Assembly: GCA_965219575.1 (NCBI GenBank)
Contig: OZ244779.1
Location: 1,036,769-1,100,768 of the forward strand
Source of the DNA: Candidatus Oxydemutatoraceae bacterium
Lineage (GTDB): Bacteria > Pseudomonadota > Gammaproteobacteria > Poriferisulfidales > Oxydemutatoraceae
DNA: 64,000 nucleotides
Reading direction: 5' to 3'
The notes under the pieces are model-generated. The model saw only the letters and a program-made list of their open reading frames with translations, did no database searches and was not told the DNA's origin. How positions within the stretch are numbered: position 1 is the stretch's first letter; each line of letters begins with the position of its first letter. Below, piece by piece: positions 40,005 through 49,923 of this stretch. A program made the translations under genes and the position numbers.

Positions 40005-40598
40005 TCATATTGGGTTGATGACGGCGATCACTCCGATGACCGGGTGGTCTATATAGAATAGTTCTTCATCGGTCATAATTCTTTCTAAGTGTATAGGGAT
40101 AGAAAAAGTTTGTGGTGTGTCTACGAATCGAGGTGCTTCGTCGAAGGCGGGGTCGTATTGAAAATCTAATATCAGTTTGAAATAACTCTCAAAACTCATC
40201 CAAGCAGTCGCTTTGAGTAATCCGTTTTGAGGTTCGTTTAAGATATCGATGTAGGGTGTTTGGGCGCGGTTTAAGGGCGGTTGCCGCCACCCACCGTGAT
40301 AGAGTAATTCATAGCGGCTGTCTAGCTCGATTTTTTGTGCTTCGTCGGTTAATCTCAACTGACCCTCGGTTACCGCCCGTATATCGTCGTAGGCATCGGT
40401 TTGAGATAGATCCAAAGCTGCGCGTTCCGCATGCCGGCTTGTCTGCATATGGCTTAGGTCTTTGAGTTTGTCTATTGCGATATCGGCTTCTATTTGCTTG
40501 AAGACGATAATCTCTGCTTGGTATAGTTCGGCGGTGTCTTGTGCACCTGCATCGCTACAGCATATTAAAAGCGATATCGATAAAAATAGAATTTTCAT
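40005..40598 (-). CDS. CsiV-like peptidoglycan-binding protein
   Basis: Signal peptide; YQAEIIVF, YELLYHGGWRQP and YIDHPVIG motifs; usual position downstream of mfd. Confidence 0.75.
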   Translation of the reverse strand: MKILFLSISLLICCSDAGAQDTAELYQAEIIVFKQIEADIAIDKLKDLSHMQTSRHAERAALDLSQTDAYDDIRAVTEGQLRLTDEAQKIELDSRYELLYHGGWRQPPLNRAQTPYIDILNEPQNGLLKATAWMSFESYFKLILDFQYDPAFDEAPRFVDTPQTFSIPIHLERIMTDEELFYIDHPVIGVIAVINPI

Positions 40599-43500
40599 TT
40601 AAGCCACCTCCTTTAGCGATAATAGTTTAATAAAATCTTTTATTTTCGATTCCCGTACGGCAATGGTTTCCATGCCGTCGTCGTTCTCGCTTACGATGAG
40701 TTTTTGATTGCCTATAAAGCGATATTTCTCGGGTTCTTTTTTCACCATTTCAATCAGTTTATCCAGATCGAGTTTGGGTTGTTCTTCAAAGTGTATATTC
40801 AATTCGGATTCGTCGGCTCTTAATTTTCGTATACCTATATTGTGGCATATTATTCTAATCGCTGCATTGATATATAGATTTTTGGTGTAATCCGGCAGTG
40901 CGCCGAAGCGATCTATCATTTCTACTTTGAGTTCTGCTAGGCTCTCCTCGTCGCTCGCCGCAGCGATGCGGCGATAAAGCACTAGGCGTAGATTGACATC
41001 CGGGATGTAATCCGGCGGGATTAGTGCGGGTTCGCCCAAGTTGATTTCGGCTACCGTATCGAGCGGTCTATCGGGGTCGGGAAGTTGTCCCGATTTGAGC
41101 GTCTCTACGGCGCGTCGTAATAGTTTGTTATACATCGCAAAACCGACTTTTTGTATATGCCCACTCTGCTCTTCGCCCAATAATTCTCCCGCACCTCTGA
41201 TTTCCAAGTCGTGGCTTGCGATAGTGAAACCGATGCTTAAATCTTCCAAAGACTCTATCACCTCGAGACGTTTTGTTGCGTCGTCGGTAATTTCCGAGCG
41301 CGTCGGAATGAGTAGATACGCATAAGCGGCGTGGTGCGATCTCCCGACGCGTCCGCGGAGTTGGTGCAGTTGTGCCAACCCCAAGTGATCGGCACGATTG
41401 ATGATTATCGTATTCGCATTCGGTATGTCTATGCCGCTTTCTATAATCGTCGTGCAGACGAGGACATGATGATTGTGGTTGTAAAAATCCATCATCGTTC
41501 GTTCCAAGTCTTTTTCGTTCATCTGCCCGTGTGCCACCACGATTTTTGCATCGGGTAGTAGCGATCTTAACGCTTCTGCGGTATCGTCTATGGTTCGCAC
41601 TTCGTTGTGTAGGAAAAAGATTTGCCCGCCGCGACGGAGTTCTCGATTGCACGCTTCGCAGATTAAGGCATCGTCCCATTGTGTCACAAAGGTTTTAATC
41701 GCTCGGCGTCCCGGGGGCGGTGTTGCAATGATAGACAAAGACCTGAGCCCGCCGAGGCTCATGCCGAGGGTGCGCGGTATCGGTGTGGCGGTCAATGTCA
41801 ATACATCCGCCGATGTGCGTATGGATTTTATCTGCTCTTTGTCTTTGACACCGAAGCAGTGCTCTTCGTCTATTACGATCAGTCCTAAATTCTTGAAATC
41901 GGGCGGCGTGCGCAGTAGGGTATGCGTACCGATGACGATATCGACATCGCCTTTTTGTATTGCGCTCAAGATTTGTTTTTTTCGTTTACCCGAGACGAAG
42001 CGCGACAACATCTCTATGCGTACCGGCCATTTTGCAAAACGCTCTCTGAATGCCTCGAAGTGCTGTATCGCAAGCAGTGTGGTCGGCACCAATACGGCAA
42101 CCTGTTTGTGGTTGTGTACGGCGACAAAAGCGGCGCGTATCGCAACTTCGGTTTTGCCGAAGCCCACATCGCCGCAGACGATCCGGTCCATGAGTTTATC
42201 GCTGTTCATATCTCGTAGCACATCGTCTATTGCGCTTTTTTGATCGGGCGTTTCTCTATAAGCAAAGGTGGCGGCGAAAGCGTGGTAGTCCGAATGGTCT
42301 ATCTCAAAGCGTATATTGGGCGAAGCGTTGCGGCGCGCTTGTATATCCAACAGTTCGGCTGCAACATCGTGTGCCTTGATTGCCGCTTTGCGTTTTGCGG
42401 TATTCCATGCTCGGCCGTTGAGATTATCGAGTTTGATATGTTGTGAAGGATTGCCGGTGTAACGGCTCAGTAGATGTAGTGCGGTGACCGGGACATAAAG
42501 TTTATCTTTATCGGCATATTCTAATACGCAAAACTCCGATAGATAACCCCCTACCTCCATCGCCTTTATGCCGACGAAACGGCCTACACCGTAGTCTTGA
42601 TGTACGGTCGCACTACCGATTTCCAAATCTCCTATGCTCTGTATCAACGCCGCAACATTACGCGCTTGCTTCGATTGTGTGCCGGTGCTTGTCGGTTTCG
42701 TGACAATATCGTGATAACCGAGTAGTGCGATGTTCGGTTCCTCGAGGATAACGCTTTGATGTAGGTCGGCGCAACAAATGCAAAGTTTTGCAGAACTTTT
42801 AAGAAATGTTTGCCAATTTTCTACTACTTTGGGGCGTATGCGATAGGGTGCGAGTATTTCGGAAAGTTGTTCCGAATAGCCCTGTGTGGGTGCATGGAGT
42901 AGGATGCGTCCCGTATAGGTGCGTATAAAATCCTCCAGCTTAGCGGCGGGTGATTTCTGTTGCGGATCTAATGCAACGGGTGGTGGCAAGCGAGTTTTGA
43001 AATTACGGATACCGTGCTGCCGGGAATCTGCGTAATACTTAAAGGCTTGGGTTTCAATGTTGTCGAAGTGTTTTAAGCGTTGCGCTAGTTCATCGCTATT
43101 TAGGTAGAGTAGACCGGGGTTTAGTAGGGCGCGCGCTTCGGCACGGGCGAGCAATCGGTATCTTTCCTCTACATATTCCAGATGTTTTGCCGCGGTCTCG
43201 AGGACTTCTTTCGTATAGATGCAAACCGTGTCGGGACCGAGGTAATCGAACAGTGTTGCCGTTGTGTCGTGAAAAAACGGCAGATAATATTCTATGCCTG
43301 CCGGGATGATGCGCTCGCTGATGCTCGAATAAACGAAGCATTGATCCGGTTGTATGCTGAAGTGCAAGCGGAATTTGTATCTGAACGATTTTATGGTCTG
43401 CTTGTCTATTAAGAATTCTCGCGCCGGTAACAATATCGTAGAGTTTATTTTTTCTATCGTTTGTTGGGAGTCCGAATTAAACGATCGTAAAGTATCTATT

Positions 43501-44060
43501 TGATCGTCCCATAGATCTATGCGCGTAGGATAATCGGACGACGGAGAATAAAAATCTATGATCGAACCGCGTATCGCATATTCTCCGTACCGTTGTACTT
43601 GCGAGACCGAGGTATAACCCAGAGTGAATAACCGCGAGCGAAAATCCTCTATATCGAGTTGATCGCCTATAGAAATCTTGACGCTGTTGTTTTCGACAAA
43701 ACTGCGCGGCGGCAGACGCTGCAATAAAGTCGGTATCGCTACGATACAAATCCAGCTGTCTTCGGCGCGCAGTTGCGATAGTATGCCGAGACGCTCGGCA
43801 AGGATATTCTCGTCGGGAGAAAATTGATCGTAAACCAGAGTCTCGTAATTCGGAAACAGCAGTAATGTATCGTCCGTGCCTAAAAAAAATTGCAGTTGAT
43901 CGTATAGACGGCCGGCAGTCGTAGTATCGGTACAAACGAGCAGTAGCGGGCGTTTGTGTCGATAGTAAAAGTTTGCGGTTTGATAGGCGAAACTACAGCC
44001 TAATAATTCTCCCCAGCGCAGCAGTGTGTGTTCTTGTTTCGATGGTTGTGTGGACGACAT
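40599..44060 (-). CDS. mfd: Transcription-repair coupling factor
   Basis: CGDVGFGKTEVA, DEEH, TATPIPRTL, QLRGRVGRS and DLEIRGAGE motifs. Confidence 0.97.
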   Translation of the reverse strand: MSSTQPSKQEHTLLRWGELLGCSFAYQTANFYYRHKRPLLLVCTDTTTAGRLYDQLQFFLGTDDTLLLFPNYETLVYDQFSPDENILAERLGILSQLRAEDSWICIVAIPTLLQRLPPRSFVENNSVKISIGDQLDIEDFRSRLFTLGYTSVSQVQRYGEYAIRGSIIDFYSPSSDYPTRIDLWDDQIDTLRSFNSDSQQTIEKINSTILLPAREFLIDKQTIKSFRYKFRLHFSIQPDQCFVYSSISERIIPAGIEYYLPFFHDTTATLFDYLGPDTVCIYTKEVLETAAKHLEYVEERYRLLARAEARALLNPGLLYLNSDELAQRLKHFDNIETQAFKYYADSRQHGIRNFKTRLPPPVALDPQQKSPAAKLEDFIRTYTGRILLHAPTQGYSEQLSEILAPYRIRPKVVENWQTFLKSSAKLCICCADLHQSVILEEPNIALLGYHDIVTKPTSTGTQSKQARNVAALIQSIGDLEIGSATVHQDYGVGRFVGIKAMEVGGYLSEFCVLEYADKDKLYVPVTALHLLSRYTGNPSQHIKLDNLNGRAWNTAKRKAAIKAHDVAAELLDIQARRNASPNIRFEIDHSDYHAFAATFAYRETPDQKSAIDDVLRDMNSDKLMDRIVCGDVGFGKTEVAIRAAFVAVHNHKQVAVLVPTTLLAIQHFEAFRERFAKWPVRIEMLSRFVSGKRKKQILSAIQKGDVDIVIGTHTLLRTPPDFKNLGLIVIDEEHCFGVKDKEQIKSIRTSADVLTLTATPIPRTLGMSLGGLRSLSIIATPPPGRRAIKTFVTQWDDALICEACNRELRRGGQIFFLHNEVRTIDDTAEALRSLLPDAKIVVAHGQMNEKDLERTMMDFYNHNHHVLVCTTIIESGIDIPNANTIIINRADHLGLAQLHQLRGRVGRSHHAAYAYLLIPTRSEITDDATKRLEVIESLEDLSIGFTIASHDLEIRGAGELLGEEQSGHIQKVGFAMYNKLLRRAVETLKSGQLPDPDRPLDTVAEINLGEPALIPPDYIPDVNLRLVLYRRIAAASDEESLAELKVEMIDRFGALPDYTKNLYINAAIRIICHNIGIRKLRADESELNIHFEEQPKLDLDKLIEMVKKEPEKYRFIGNQKLIVSENDDGMETIAVRESKIKDFIKLLSLKEVA

Positions 44061-44137
44061 GATTAAGGTCAATCACAGTTTGGTTTTGGTTTCCATAGAT
44101 CAAATTAATGAATATATAAAATAGTGCAGACTCCGCT

Positions 44138-44431
44138 GGGACTGTTGAAAAAGTATCGTCAGCGTGCAACCGTAACCGCTTGCGCCGTGAATTTATAATA
44201 ACCACCAAGCCGTAGGGGCAGGATAAAGCCGCCGATTGAGCCGGTAGATCAATCGGCAACTCTGATGTCTGCCCTTAAGTGTCGTTCTGCACAGCCGTAA
44301 CCGCTTTCGCCGTATGGTTTTGGTTTCCATAAATTGGATGAATGAATGTATAAATCGTGCAGGTGCAACGCGTTATGGGCGGACATATAAGTCCGCCCCT
44401 ACCACTCTATGAAATACTTTTTCAACAGCCT
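44138..44431. mobile_element. Non-autonomous MITE/REPIN-like element with two inverted GTAG-REPs
   Basis: Ends GGGACTGTTGAAAAA and TTTTTCAACAGCC. REP at 44212-44275 (interrupted by P) and inverted REP at 44377-44402. Aligns with the reverse complement of 58700-58964. Confidence 0.85.
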
Positions 44432-44438
44432 GCCGCTG

Positions 44439-44473
44439 CAACCACCCCGTCAGGCCGCGCCTGCCACCCCTCC
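44439..44473. repeat. Third repeat family (CAACCACCCCGTCAGG...CCACCCCTCC)
   Basis: Also at 58972-59017, inverted at 57841-57858, and as a fragment at 53204-53217. Confidence 0.75.
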
Positions 44474-44494
44474 ACAAATTAAAGCAAAATATTA

Positions 44495-45784
44495 TCAAGC
44501 GAACATATCTTGGACGATATTCTCGAACCAGCTATGCGCGTATTCAACTTCTCTTTCTCTGGCAAAGTCGGTTGCATCCATAGGCGTTAGCCCACCGGCT
44601 ATTTTTTCTATGTTGCTTTTGTCTTCGGAAAGCTTATACACTGCGGCTACCGAAATACCGTAATCCGGTGCGACGATACTATAGCAGGTATTGACATAAG
44701 AGGGTACCTCCGTCGGTTTTTCATGGAGGCTCGCAACAACCGCCATGGCACATATTTTGGCCTCGGAGTTTGCCGCATAACCCGATTTGGGCAATCCGGT
44801 TGCAATGCTCGCATCTCCGACGATATAAATGTCTTTTTGCAGGGTTGACTCAAAAGTGTCTAAATGTATCGGGCACCAGCCCGAATCGTCTGCAACGCCG
44901 CTATTTTGAGCAATCCGACCTGCTTTTTGAGGGGGTATCAGGTTGATCACATCGCCCTTGAAGTCGTCGAACTCGGTGGAGACCGTCATCTTTGTGGTGT
45001 CAACCGCAACGACACCTCTGCTACCCGTATCCGCCCCCGAAACCCACTCGATCATTCCTGCATAGCGTTCTTCCCAGGCTTGCATGAAAAGTTCCTGTTT
45101 GGAGAATTTGTCTTTGGCATCGATAACCATGATTTTTGATTTGGGTTTGTTGTTTTTTAGGTAGTGGGCTATTTGGCAGGCGCGCTCGTAAGGACCCGGC
45201 GGGCACCGGAAAGGATTACCCGGTGGTGTGATGATGACCACACCGCCGTCCTGCATCGCTTCGAGTTGTTGCCTCAAGAGCATCGTTTGTTCGCCCGCTT
45301 TGTACGCGTGTGGCATGACTTCGCTTGCCGCTTGCGTATAACCGTCTACGGCATCCCATTGAAAATCTATGCCGGGTGACAATACCAGCTTATTGTAAGG
45401 TAGCTTGGCACCGCTTGCGGTAGTAATTATTTTTTTCTCGGGATCGACCGTATCCGCCGTTTCGTTAACCACTTTGATGCCGCGTGCCCTCAAGCCATCG
45501 TAGCCGAATTGTAGGGTGGCTAAATCGCGCCCGCCGCCGATAACTTCATTGCTCATAAAACAGGTATAATAATTCGGGTTTGCTTCTATCAGTGTCACAT
45601 TGATAGATTGGTCCATCATTTTGATGTACTTAGCGGCGATCGCGCCGCCTGCGCCCCCACCGATAACCGCAACCTCGTGCGAGGTACCCAAAGCCAGTTG
45701 AGGAAAACCTAATATTGTGGCCCCGCCGGCAACGGTGCCGCAAGCACTTAGTTTGATAAAATCTCTTCTGTTGATGTTCGACAT
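44495..45784 (-). CDS. fccB: Flavocytochrome c sulfide dehydrogenase, flavoprotein subunit
   Basis: Tat signal (RRDFIK), [32 protein letters not shown] and NTCYS motifs. Confidence 0.93.
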   Translation of the reverse strand: MSNINRRDFIKLSACGTVAGGATILGFPQLALGTSHEVAVIGGGAGGAIAAKYIKMMDQSINVTLIEANPNYYTCFMSNEVIGGGRDLATLQFGYDGLRARGIKVVNETADTVDPEKKIITTASGAKLPYNKLVLSPGIDFQWDAVDGYTQAASEVMPHAYKAGEQTMLLRQQLEAMQDGGVVIITPPGNPFRCPPGPYERACQIAHYLKNNKPKSKIMVIDAKDKFSKQELFMQAWEERYAGMIEWVSGADTGSRGVVAVDTTKMTVSTEFDDFKGDVINLIPPQKAGRIAQNSGVADDSGWCPIHLDTFESTLQKDIYIVGDASIATGLPKSGYAANSEAKICAMAVVASLHEKPTEVPSYVNTCYSIVAPDYGISVAAVYKLSEDKSNIEKIAGGLTPMDATDFAREREVEYAHSWFENIVQDMFA

Positions 45785-45812
45785 TTCACTATCTCCTTGA
45801 TAATTGTTGGGC

Positions 45813-46484
45813 TTAATTACGTACGCTGGCGTAGTACTGCAACAAGTTGTATATGCTCTCGTCGCCGTGTACTTCAAGCATTTCCGTGAGTTTGGTGCGC
45901 ATTTTTTTAGGCATCTCACGACGGTCTTCTATATAATCCTCCAGAGTATACTGCAGATAAGGTATCCATTGTCCCGCCAACAGACCGACATCGTCGGCGG
46001 TCGAAAGACCACCGTCTTCATGACATTTACCGCAATACTCCTCGTGCAGTTCCTCACCTATGGCAACTTTTGATTTATCGTAATCTTGTTCGACGACTAC
46101 GACCTCGGAGCCGTCCAATGCATTCGCCATCGTGATAATCTCTTCGAGTGTATAGCCCGATGCGATACGAGACATAATCGTGCTAAAGCGAGGATATGCT
46201 TCTACATACTCGTACTCCTCGTCTTGATACAATATCTCGAGCGCAGCGTCTAAGCCGGCTTCGTCGTCGGTGTATTTATATGCGAGCATGGTACCTATAA
46301 AATAGTTTTTGGTTATCCCGGCGAGAGACGGGATTGCCGGGCCGCTGCTGACACCGTTCTCACCGTGGCACGCTACGCAACTATTCAGTAGCATTTGTGC
46401 CGATGCCGTCTGCGCTTGAGCAACCGTCGTTACTCCGAATAGCAAAGTTAAAGCAAGAAATAGAAAATTAAGTCTTTTGATCAT
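45813..46484 (-). CDS. fccA: Flavocytochrome c diheme cytochrome subunit
   Basis: Signal peptide; CVACH and CGKCH; [10 protein letters not shown] and LAGQW motifs. Confidence 0.88.
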   Translation of the reverse strand: MIKRLNFLFLALTLLFGVTTVAQAQTASAQMLLNSCVACHGENGVSSGPAIPSLAGITKNYFIGTMLAYKYTDDEAGLDAALEILYQDEEYEYVEAYPRFSTIMSRIASGYTLEEIITMANALDGSEVVVVEQDYDKSKVAIGEELHEEYCGKCHEDGGLSTADDVGLLAGQWIPYLQYTLEDYIEDRREMPKKMRTKLTEMLEVHGDESIYNLLQYYASVRN

Positions 46485-46655
46485 TTTGAAAGCCTCGTTC
46501 TCGTTAAAAAGTCGGTCGTTAAATTTAGGGTATCATACAGCGATTGGTGGTTTTGTGCAAGTGGTGTGGTTTATGTATGTCATTCTCAATTTCTGCAAGC
46601 AACCAATAGGGGTAGATTATCGAGCCGGCGATTCAATATCTCGTTTCGGTTTTCG

Positions 46656-47210
46656 TCAATCGAGCGAGGCACTTTGATTGTCGCTCGGTTGTTTGGGTTT
46701 TTTCGGTGTTTTGTGGGCGACACCGACATGGCACGAAATACAATTTTCGCCTTCGGCGTGGGCGCGTTCGTGTTTGCGTTTTGCGGTTCTATCTTGTTCG
46801 TCGAGATCCATAGCTTGGAATTGATGGCAACTCAGGCACGTTGTCGAGTACGACGAATCGAGCTTGCCCCATACCTTGTTTGCCATTCTCCATCTGTGTG
46901 CCTCGAATTTTTCTTGACTGTCTATAGTGCCGAGTATTTCGTGCCACACATCTTTTGCCGCCATCAGTTTGGCGTGTAGCTTTAGATCGAGCTGATCGGG
47001 TACATGACAATCGCTACATTGGGCGCGTATGCCTTGTAGATTTGAGTAGTGAACCGACTCTTTCCATTCCGCTTCGACCCACTGCATAGAGTGGCAAGAG
47101 GTACAGAACTCGGTGGTGTTTGTCGCTTCTAGGGTGGTTGTAAATGCGCCGGTTGCAACGATGCCGGCAATAAAAACCACACCGATTGAAATAATTCCTT
47201 TGTATTTCAT
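46656..47210 (-). CDS. NapC/NirT family tetraheme cytochrome c
   Basis: N-terminal TM helix; CTSCH, CSDCH, CLSCH and CISCH; HVP motif. Confidence 0.92.
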   Translation of the reverse strand: MKYKGIISIGVVFIAGIVATGAFTTTLEATNTTEFCTSCHSMQWVEAEWKESVHYSNLQGIRAQCSDCHVPDQLDLKLHAKLMAAKDVWHEILGTIDSQEKFEAHRWRMANKVWGKLDSSYSTTCLSCHQFQAMDLDEQDRTAKRKHERAHAEGENCISCHVGVAHKTPKKPKQPSDNQSASLD

Positions 47211-47282
47211 TTAAATGTCCGTATACGGATTATAATTATATATCAATTATCGAGTTTAGTCGCCTTATTTTATGAAAACAAA

Positions 47283-47918
47283 GTGAACAGCAGGGTGTTA
47301 TTCGAGGTGCGCGCATTGCATCTGAGGCGAGGTACGGCAGTCGAACATGCACTAAACTTTGCCTTGCGTGCCGGGCAGTGGTGTGTGTTGAGTGGAGAAA
47401 ACGGATCGGGTAAGACAACTTTGCTGCGGGTGTTATGCGGTTTGTCGGAACCGCGTAAGGGGTTTGTAGGTTGGCGAGGTTTTGCTATCGGCTATTACCG
47501 CGAGCGTTATCGTCAAACCTTTATCTATATCGGACACAAGTTAGGATTTAGAGGTGGTTTGAGCGTCAAAGAAAATTTGAGGTTCTATCGTGATTTAAGA
47601 AATCGGCGCGGTGTTGCCGGTATTGACGAAGCGATAGATCACTTGGGACTCGAAAATGTAGCCGACCGTCCCTATGCCTCTTTGTCGCACGGTCAGCGAC
47701 AGCGCGGTGCATTGTGTCGTTTGATGACCGAAGAAGCCCAACTGTGGTTACTCGACGAACCTACCGGTGCATTGGACAATCGAGGCCATAATATTTTTCA
47801 GGAACTTTTAAGCGCACATTTGGACAGAGGTGGCATGGCAGTCGTCGCAACACACAAGCCGTTCGCGCACGACGCATTGCAGAGTGCGCACCAACTGAGA
47901 TTGACCGCCGATGTTTAA
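47283..47918 (+). CDS. ccmA: Heme exporter ATP-binding protein
   Basis: GENGSGKTT, LSHGQRQR and LWLLDEP motifs. Confidence 0.93.
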   Translation: MNSRVLFEVRALHLRRGTAVEHALNFALRAGQWCVLSGENGSGKTTLLRVLCGLSEPRKGFVGWRGFAIGYYRERYRQTFIYIGHKLGFRGGLSVKENLRFYRDLRNRRGVAGIDEAIDHLGLENVADRPYASLSHGQRQRGALCRLMTEEAQLWLLDEPTGALDNRGHNIFQELLSAHLDRGGMAVVATHKPFAHDALQSAHQLRLTADV

Positions 47919-48579
47919 GCCCTTATTTGCGTTACTTAAATGGGATTTGTTGTCGGTGGTGCGGGAGCGTAGCGACTGGATGATTGCGATTATTTTTTTT
48001 ACGATTATCGTCAGTTTATTTCCACTGGGTGTCGATGCACAGAGTTCGGTGTTGAGTATCTTTGCACCCACTGCGATATGGATTGCCGCGTTATTGTCCG
48101 GTTTGTTGTCGCTGGAGCGAGTTTTCAAGGATGATTTTGACAACGGTATTTTGGAGCAACTGATGTTGAGTACTCGTAACATCTATACGATAGTGGGGGC
48201 GCGTGTTTTCACACACTGGTGTACTACCGGATTGCCGTTCACGATACTTGCCCCGTTATACGGTTATGCTCTGGGTATTCCTATTAATGCCTTGACAGAT
48301 GTAATCTTCGGTTTATTATTAGGTACGCCGACCCTGAGTATCTTAGGTTCCTTGGGTGCAGCGTTGACCGTTTCCTTGAGGCAAGGGGGCATGTTGTTGG
48401 CATTACTGATAATGCCTTTTTACATACCTTTGTTGATATTCGGAACGAATGCGATCGATTTGGCGGCGAGCGGATTGCCGACGAATGCACCTCTGGCTTT
48501 TCTGGGTGCCATGCTGATTATCGGTATCGCTTTGGTGCCGATTGCCGTTTACGGTGCGTTGCGGGTCGTGTTGGATTGA
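47911..48579 (+). CDS. ccmB: Heme exporter permease
   Basis: LFPLG, F.DDFDNG.LEQL and PLLIFG motifs. Confidence 0.94.
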   Translation: MFKPLFALLKWDLLSVVRERSDWMIAIIFFTIIVSLFPLGVDAQSSVLSIFAPTAIWIAALLSGLLSLERVFKDDFDNGILEQLMLSTRNIYTIVGARVFTHWCTTGLPFTILAPLYGYALGIPINALTDVIFGLLLGTPTLSILGSLGAALTVSLRQGGMLLALLIMPFYIPLLIFGTNAIDLAASGLPTNAPLAFLGAMLIIGIALVPIAVYGALRVVLD

Positions 48580-48585
48580 TTTGAT

Positions 48586-49335
48586 ATGGATATTAGAACT
48601 TTTTATAGGTGGGGTACTCTGCCTTTTTTCTACCGCTGGACGACCGGTGCGCAACCGTGGTTGTTTTCGGTCACATTGATATTATTTGCATTCGGCTTAC
48701 TGTGGGCTTTGTATATTGCGCCACCCGACTATAAACAGGGAGAAGCCTATCGCATTATCTACATACATGTGCCGGCAGCGTGGATGTCTTTATTCGTTTA
48801 TATCGTGATGGCGTTCGCCGGATTAATCTTGTTGGTGTGGCGAGTCAAGCTCGCCGAGTTGATACACCGTGAATGTGCGGTGATCGGCGCAGCGTTTACC
48901 GCAATCACTTTGCTGACCGGGATGCTGTGGGGAAAGCCGATGTGGGGTGCTTTTTGGGTATGGGATGCGCGTTTGACTTCGGAGTTGATACTACTGTTTT
49001 TGTATCTAGGCGTTATCGTATTGGGTTCTGCAATCGACGACCGCGAAAAAGCGGCGCGTGCAACCGCAGTACTTGCAATCGTCGGTGTCGTCAATATCCC
49101 GATTATTCATTATTCGGTTATCTGGTGGAACACCCTGCATCAGGGACCTACGATTACCAAATTGGATGCACCGTCGGCGCATGTTAGTATTGTGCTACCG
49201 CTACTTTATATGGCAGTGGTATTTAAGTTATACTTTATCACCACGCTGCTTGCCCGCATCCGGATGCGGATTGCCGATGCGTGTCGCGAGCAACATTGGT
49301 TTAAGCGATACTATGATTTAATAGAGGTTAATTAA
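48586..49335 (+). CDS. ccmC: Heme exporter protein C
   Basis: YIHVPAAW and the WWD motif WGKPMWGAFWVWDARLTS. Confidence 0.95.
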   Translation: MDIRTFYRWGTLPFFYRWTTGAQPWLFSVTLILFAFGLLWALYIAPPDYKQGEAYRIIYIHVPAAWMSLFVYIVMAFAGLILLVWRVKLAELIHRECAVIGAAFTAITLLTGMLWGKPMWGAFWVWDARLTSELILLFLYLGVIVLGSAIDDREKAARATAVLAIVGVVNIPIIHYSVIWWNTLHQGPTITKLDAPSAHVSIVLPLLYMAVVFKLYFITTLLARIRMRIADACREQHWFKRYYDLIEVN

Positions 49336-49484
49336 TGAACTGGTTTTTAATGGGTGGTTATGCATGGTTTGTATGGCCCTCTTATATAGCATGTGTATCG
49401 ATATTGTTGTGGCTTGCGGTGTCGCCGCATCGCCGCCATCGGCGCACAATCGAGAAACTCAAGCAATCGCCGAGTAGCCGATGA
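49335..49484 (+). CDS. ccmD: Heme exporter protein D (49 aa; not in the ORF track)
   Basis: MNWFLMGGYAWFVWPSYIACVSILLWLAVSPHRRHRR...; overlaps the ccmC stop and the ccmE start. Confidence 0.9.
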   Translation: MNWFLMGGYAWFVWPSYIACVSILLWLAVSPHRRHRRTIEKLKQSPSSR

Positions 49485-49912
49485 CATCGAGGCACAAACA
49501 AAGACTGGCTTTTGTCACTATTTTGCTACTTGCGTTTAGTGCGGCTACGGTTCTGGTGTTATACGCACTGGAGGAGAACCTGCTTTATTTTTATACTCCC
49601 AGTCAACTGGCGGAACACGCACCGCCCGAAGGTCGCAGCTTCAATCTAGGCGGAATGGTTGTAGAGGGTAGCGTGCGTCATAGCGATGCGGTTTATTTTT
49701 CGTTGACCGATTACGAAGACACCGTCAATGTCGTCTACCGCGATATTTTGCCCGATTTATTCGGTGAAGGACAGGGAGTCATCGCAACCGGACGCTTAAA
49801 CCCCGAGGGTATTTTCGTCGCCGATACCGTACTGGCAAAACACGATGAAAACTACATGCCACCCGATGTTGCCGAAGCACTGAATATGCCCATTCCTTTG
49901 AAACAAAAATAA
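49481..49912 (+). CDS. ccmE: Heme chaperone
   Basis: LPDLFGEGQG and VLAKHDENYMPP motifs. Confidence 0.96.
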   Translation: MTSRHKQRLAFVTILLLAFSAATVLVLYALEENLLYFYTPSQLAEHAPPEGRSFNLGGMVVEGSVRHSDAVYFSLTDYEDTVNVVYRDILPDLFGEGQGVIATGRLNPEGIFVADTVLAKHDENYMPPDVAEALNMPIPLKQK

Positions 49913-49923
49913 TCTTAGAATCG

